A stretch of DNA of 64,000 nucleotides, from positions 6,642 through 70,641 of the forward strand of contig SCSN01000005.1 of the NCBI GenBank assembly GCA_004322205.1, given 5' to 3'. Positions 61,669-64,000 of the stretch are shown here, piece by piece; position 1 is the stretch's first letter, and every line of letters starts with the position of its first letter. This DNA comes from Patescibacteria group bacterium. Its GTDB lineage: Bacteria; Patescibacteriota; Minisyncoccia; Phycocordibacterales; Zambryskibacteraceae. The translations under genes were made by a program, and so were the position numbers. A model generated the notes under the pieces. The model saw only the letters and a program-made list of their open reading frames with translations, did not search any database and was not told where the DNA came from.

Positions 61669-63870
61669 TTGATGAGCAAAGCAATGTCACGAAAAAATCG
61701 CAGCAATCAGCGGGGCTTTGGTGACAAAATCAAGGTGCGGATACGGGAAGAGACCTCACGGGGGGTGTTTGGTGTGGCTTTTGCTGTCCTAGCGATTTTC
61801 TTTATTCTCTCCGCCCTCTCCAAAGCCGGCGTGGTCGGGGAGGTCAGCTATCGCCTACTCGGAAGACTCTTTGGCTACGGCTACTTTCTCCTGCCTCTTC
61901 TCTGCGCTCTGCTTGCCTATTCCGCTTTCCAAAACCTCAAGCGCAAAATATCCGGAACGCAGATCGGCGCAAGTCTTCTTTTTTTTCTCACCGGATTGGG
62001 AACTATCAATCTCTTTGAGAGCGGGGCGGGCGGGATAATCGGTCGCCTCATTGGTGTACCGCTCGTGTCACTCTTCGATGTCTACGCGGCGGGGATTATT
62101 CTGGCTGGGTTTCTAGTAATCTCCTTCCTCATTGCCTTCGATACTTCCTTACGGCTGGACTTCCTCTTTGCCCTGAAGCGGCTCTTCCGACGCAAGGAAA
62201 AGGGGCCGGTTATTATTCAGAGCATCACGGAAGAAGAAAAATACCAAGAGAGAATCATGAGAGAGGCACAGGAACGAGCAGAAAGAGAAAAAACTGATGA
62301 GTTTGCGGTGATGCCGGCAATCAAAAAACTCGACAAGGAAGAAGCTTTCATCTCACTCAAACCAAAAACATTTTCCCTCTCTCCTTTCACTCCCCCGCCG
62401 CTCTCCCTCCTTGAGAGAGACCGCGGCCGCCCCGACGTCGGTGACATCAAAGCCAATGCAAATATCATCAAGCGCACGCTCCAGAACTTCGGCATTCCCG
62501 TCGAGATGGATGAAGTTTCCATTGGCCCCTCGGTTACCCGCTACGCTCTCAAACCGGCAGAAGGAGTAAAGCTCTCCCGCATCATGGGTCTTCAAAACAA
62601 CCTCGAGCTCGCTCTGGCGGCGCATCCTGTTCGTATTGAAGCACCCATCCCGGGCAAATCGCTTGTTGGCATTGAGATCCCTAACCAAGTAAAAACACTT
62701 GTCGGACTCGGCTCGCTTCTCTCCGAAGAAGAGTTTCAAACCTCAGACAAACCGCTCCTTATCGCCATTGGAAGAGGAATATCGGGCAAATCGCACTTTG
62801 GTAGCATGGCGAAAATGCCTCATCTGCTGGTTGCTGGTGCGACGGGCTCCGGAAAATCAGTCTCCATTCACGCCATTATCGCCTCCCTGCTCTACCGCAA
62901 CCCCCCAGAAAACCTCAAGTTCATCATGATTGATCCCAAGCGCGTTGAGCTCACTCTCTACAACGGCATCCCCCATCTCCTCACCCCGGTACTGACCGAC
63001 CCCAAGAAGGCGATTCTTGCTCTTAAGTGGATTGCCAAGGAAATGGATCGCCGCTACGACATTCTGGAGGAATGCTCGGTGCGTGACATCGAGTCGTACC
63101 ACAAAAACATTCTCGAGCCGGAGGTGAAAAAATTCCGCGAGAAGGGTCTTGCCGAGGCGCCGGAATCGCTTCCCGAAACCATGCCCTACATTGTCATCAT
63201 CCTTGATGAGCTTGCTGATATCATGCAGACATATCCTCGCGAGCTCGAGAGCGCAGTGGTGCGGCTGGCGCAGATGAGCAGGGCCGTGGGAATCCATCTT
63301 ATCCTCTCCACCCAGCGACCTTCGGTAAACGTCATCACCGGGCTCATCAAGGCAAACATCCCCGCCCGCATCGCTCTGCAAGTCATCTCCCAAGTCGACT
63401 CGCGCACTATTCTCGACTCTGCCGGGGCAGAAAAACTGCTCGGCGCCGGCGACATGCTCTATCTCTCCGGAGAAATGTCAAAGCCCCAGCGCCTGCAGTC
63501 TGCTTTTATTTCCGAAGGAGAAGTGAAAAAACTTGTCAAATACGTGAGAGACCACTCTCCAGAGGAAGCTACTCCCGAAATTAGCTTTGCTTCCGAGACA
63601 GCGGGCGGTTCTCTCTTCGGAGGTGCATTTACCAAGGAAGGAGAAGATGATCTCTACGAAGAAGCGCGTCAGACTGTGGTTCGCGCAGGCAAAGCCTCGA
63701 CCTCATACCTTCAAAGAAAACTCGGCGTAGGATATGCGCGGGCGGCGCGGCTGATGGATATGCTCGAAGAGCGAGGAGTGGTCGGAGCAGGTTCCGGAGC
63801 AAAGCCTCGCGAGGTCCTCGTGAAATCAGACACCGCGCCAACCATTGAAAACAGCAATGACGGAATATAA
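61669..63870 (+). CDS. ftsK: DNA translocase FtsK/SpoIIIE
   Basis: 4-TM N-terminus, MPHLLVAGATGSGKS, IDPKRVEL, DELAD, TQRPSV, GAEKLLG.GDML, gamma domain LQRKLGVGYARAARL. Confidence 0.97.
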   Translation: MMSKAMSRKNRSNQRGFGDKIKVRIREETSRGVFGVAFAVLAIFFILSALSKAGVVGEVSYRLLGRLFGYGYFLLPLLCALLAYSAFQNLKRKISGTQIGASLLFFLTGLGTINLFESGAGGIIGRLIGVPLVSLFDVYAAGIILAGFLVISFLIAFDTSLRLDFLFALKRLFRRKEKGPVIIQSITEEEKYQERIMREAQERAEREKTDEFAVMPAIKKLDKEEAFISLKPKTFSLSPFTPPPLSLLERDRGRPDVGDIKANANIIKRTLQNFGIPVEMDEVSIGPSVTRYALKPAEGVKLSRIMGLQNNLELALAAHPVRIEAPIPGKSLVGIEIPNQVKTLVGLGSLLSEEEFQTSDKPLLIAIGRGISGKSHFGSMAKMPHLLVAGATGSGKSVSIHAIIASLLYRNPPENLKFIMIDPKRVELTLYNGIPHLLTPVLTDPKKAILALKWIAKEMDRRYDILEECSVRDIESYHKNILEPEVKKFREKGLAEAPESLPETMPYIVIILDELADIMQTYPRELESAVVRLAQMSRAVGIHLILSTQRPSVNVITGLIKANIPARIALQVISQVDSRTILDSAGAEKLLGAGDMLYLSGEMSKPQRLQSAFISEGEVKKLVKYVRDHSPEEATPEISFASETAGGSLFGGAFTKEGEDDLYEEARQTVVRAGKASTSYLQRKLGVGYARAARLMDMLEERGVVGAGSGAKPREVLVKSDTAPTIENSNDGI

Positions 63871-64000
63871 GTCAAAAAGGCGAATCTACCTCGTCGTCGG
63901 GCTGGTCGGGGCGGCTCTGGCCGGCTATGTGCTCTTTCAGTCGCGCAATCTCATCCTCGGACCTTCGCTTACTGTGAGCGAGCCGCGCGACGGGGCGCGG
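63857..64000 (+). CDS. Membrane-anchored protein, N-terminal part (runs off window)
   Basis: MTEYKSKRRIYLVVGLVGAALAGYVLFQSRNLILGPSLTVSEP; overlaps the ftsK stop. Confidence 0.6.
   Translation, partial: MTEYKSKRRIYLVVGLVGAALAGYVLFQSRNLILGPSLTVSEPRDGAR

Overview
A 64-kb bacterial chromosome segment, most likely from a CPR/Patescibacteria (Parcubacteria-like) genome. Evidence for this: divergent 16S primer sites, intron-rich unlinked rRNA genes, a stand-alone VirB4/TraD-like ATPase and dense palindromic repeats. Most genes lie on the minus strand. (1) 1-17.5 kb is a surface-glycan cluster: GT2/GT4/GT39 glycosyltransferases, methyltransferases, asnB, an O-antigen ligase/TPR protein and a frameshifted UDP-sugar dehydrogenase. 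(2) A separately transcribed 16S gene contains a group I intron (S788) with a non-endonuclease ORF, a LAGLIDADG-encoding group II intron (~S1397) and a long h6 hairpin. It has no recognisable anti-Shine-Dalgarno tail. (3) secDF, a priming glycosyltransferase, rodA and a vWA protein follow. (4) A separate 23S-5S unit carries two LAGLIDADG group I introns (L1917, L1951) and IVS-like hairpins at H25/H45. It also has an odd tRNA-like RNA (69-nt D-loop insert, 5-nt anticodon loop) enclosed by an 18-bp inverted repeat, and a decayed 5S duplicate. (5) rplJ-rplL are followed by an accessory island of self-contained single-gene cassettes. (6) A secreted lipase-domain protein is followed by four unrelated small membrane genes; three are preceded by a repeated fragment resembling the 3' end of a related gene. 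This candidate lipase toxin / poly-immunity array is the best 'new system' candidate here. (7) The window ends with an LTD/PKD protein, an S-layer-like protein, a wHTH regulator and ftsK. All calls come from motif reading by eye; no database searches or folding programs were run.
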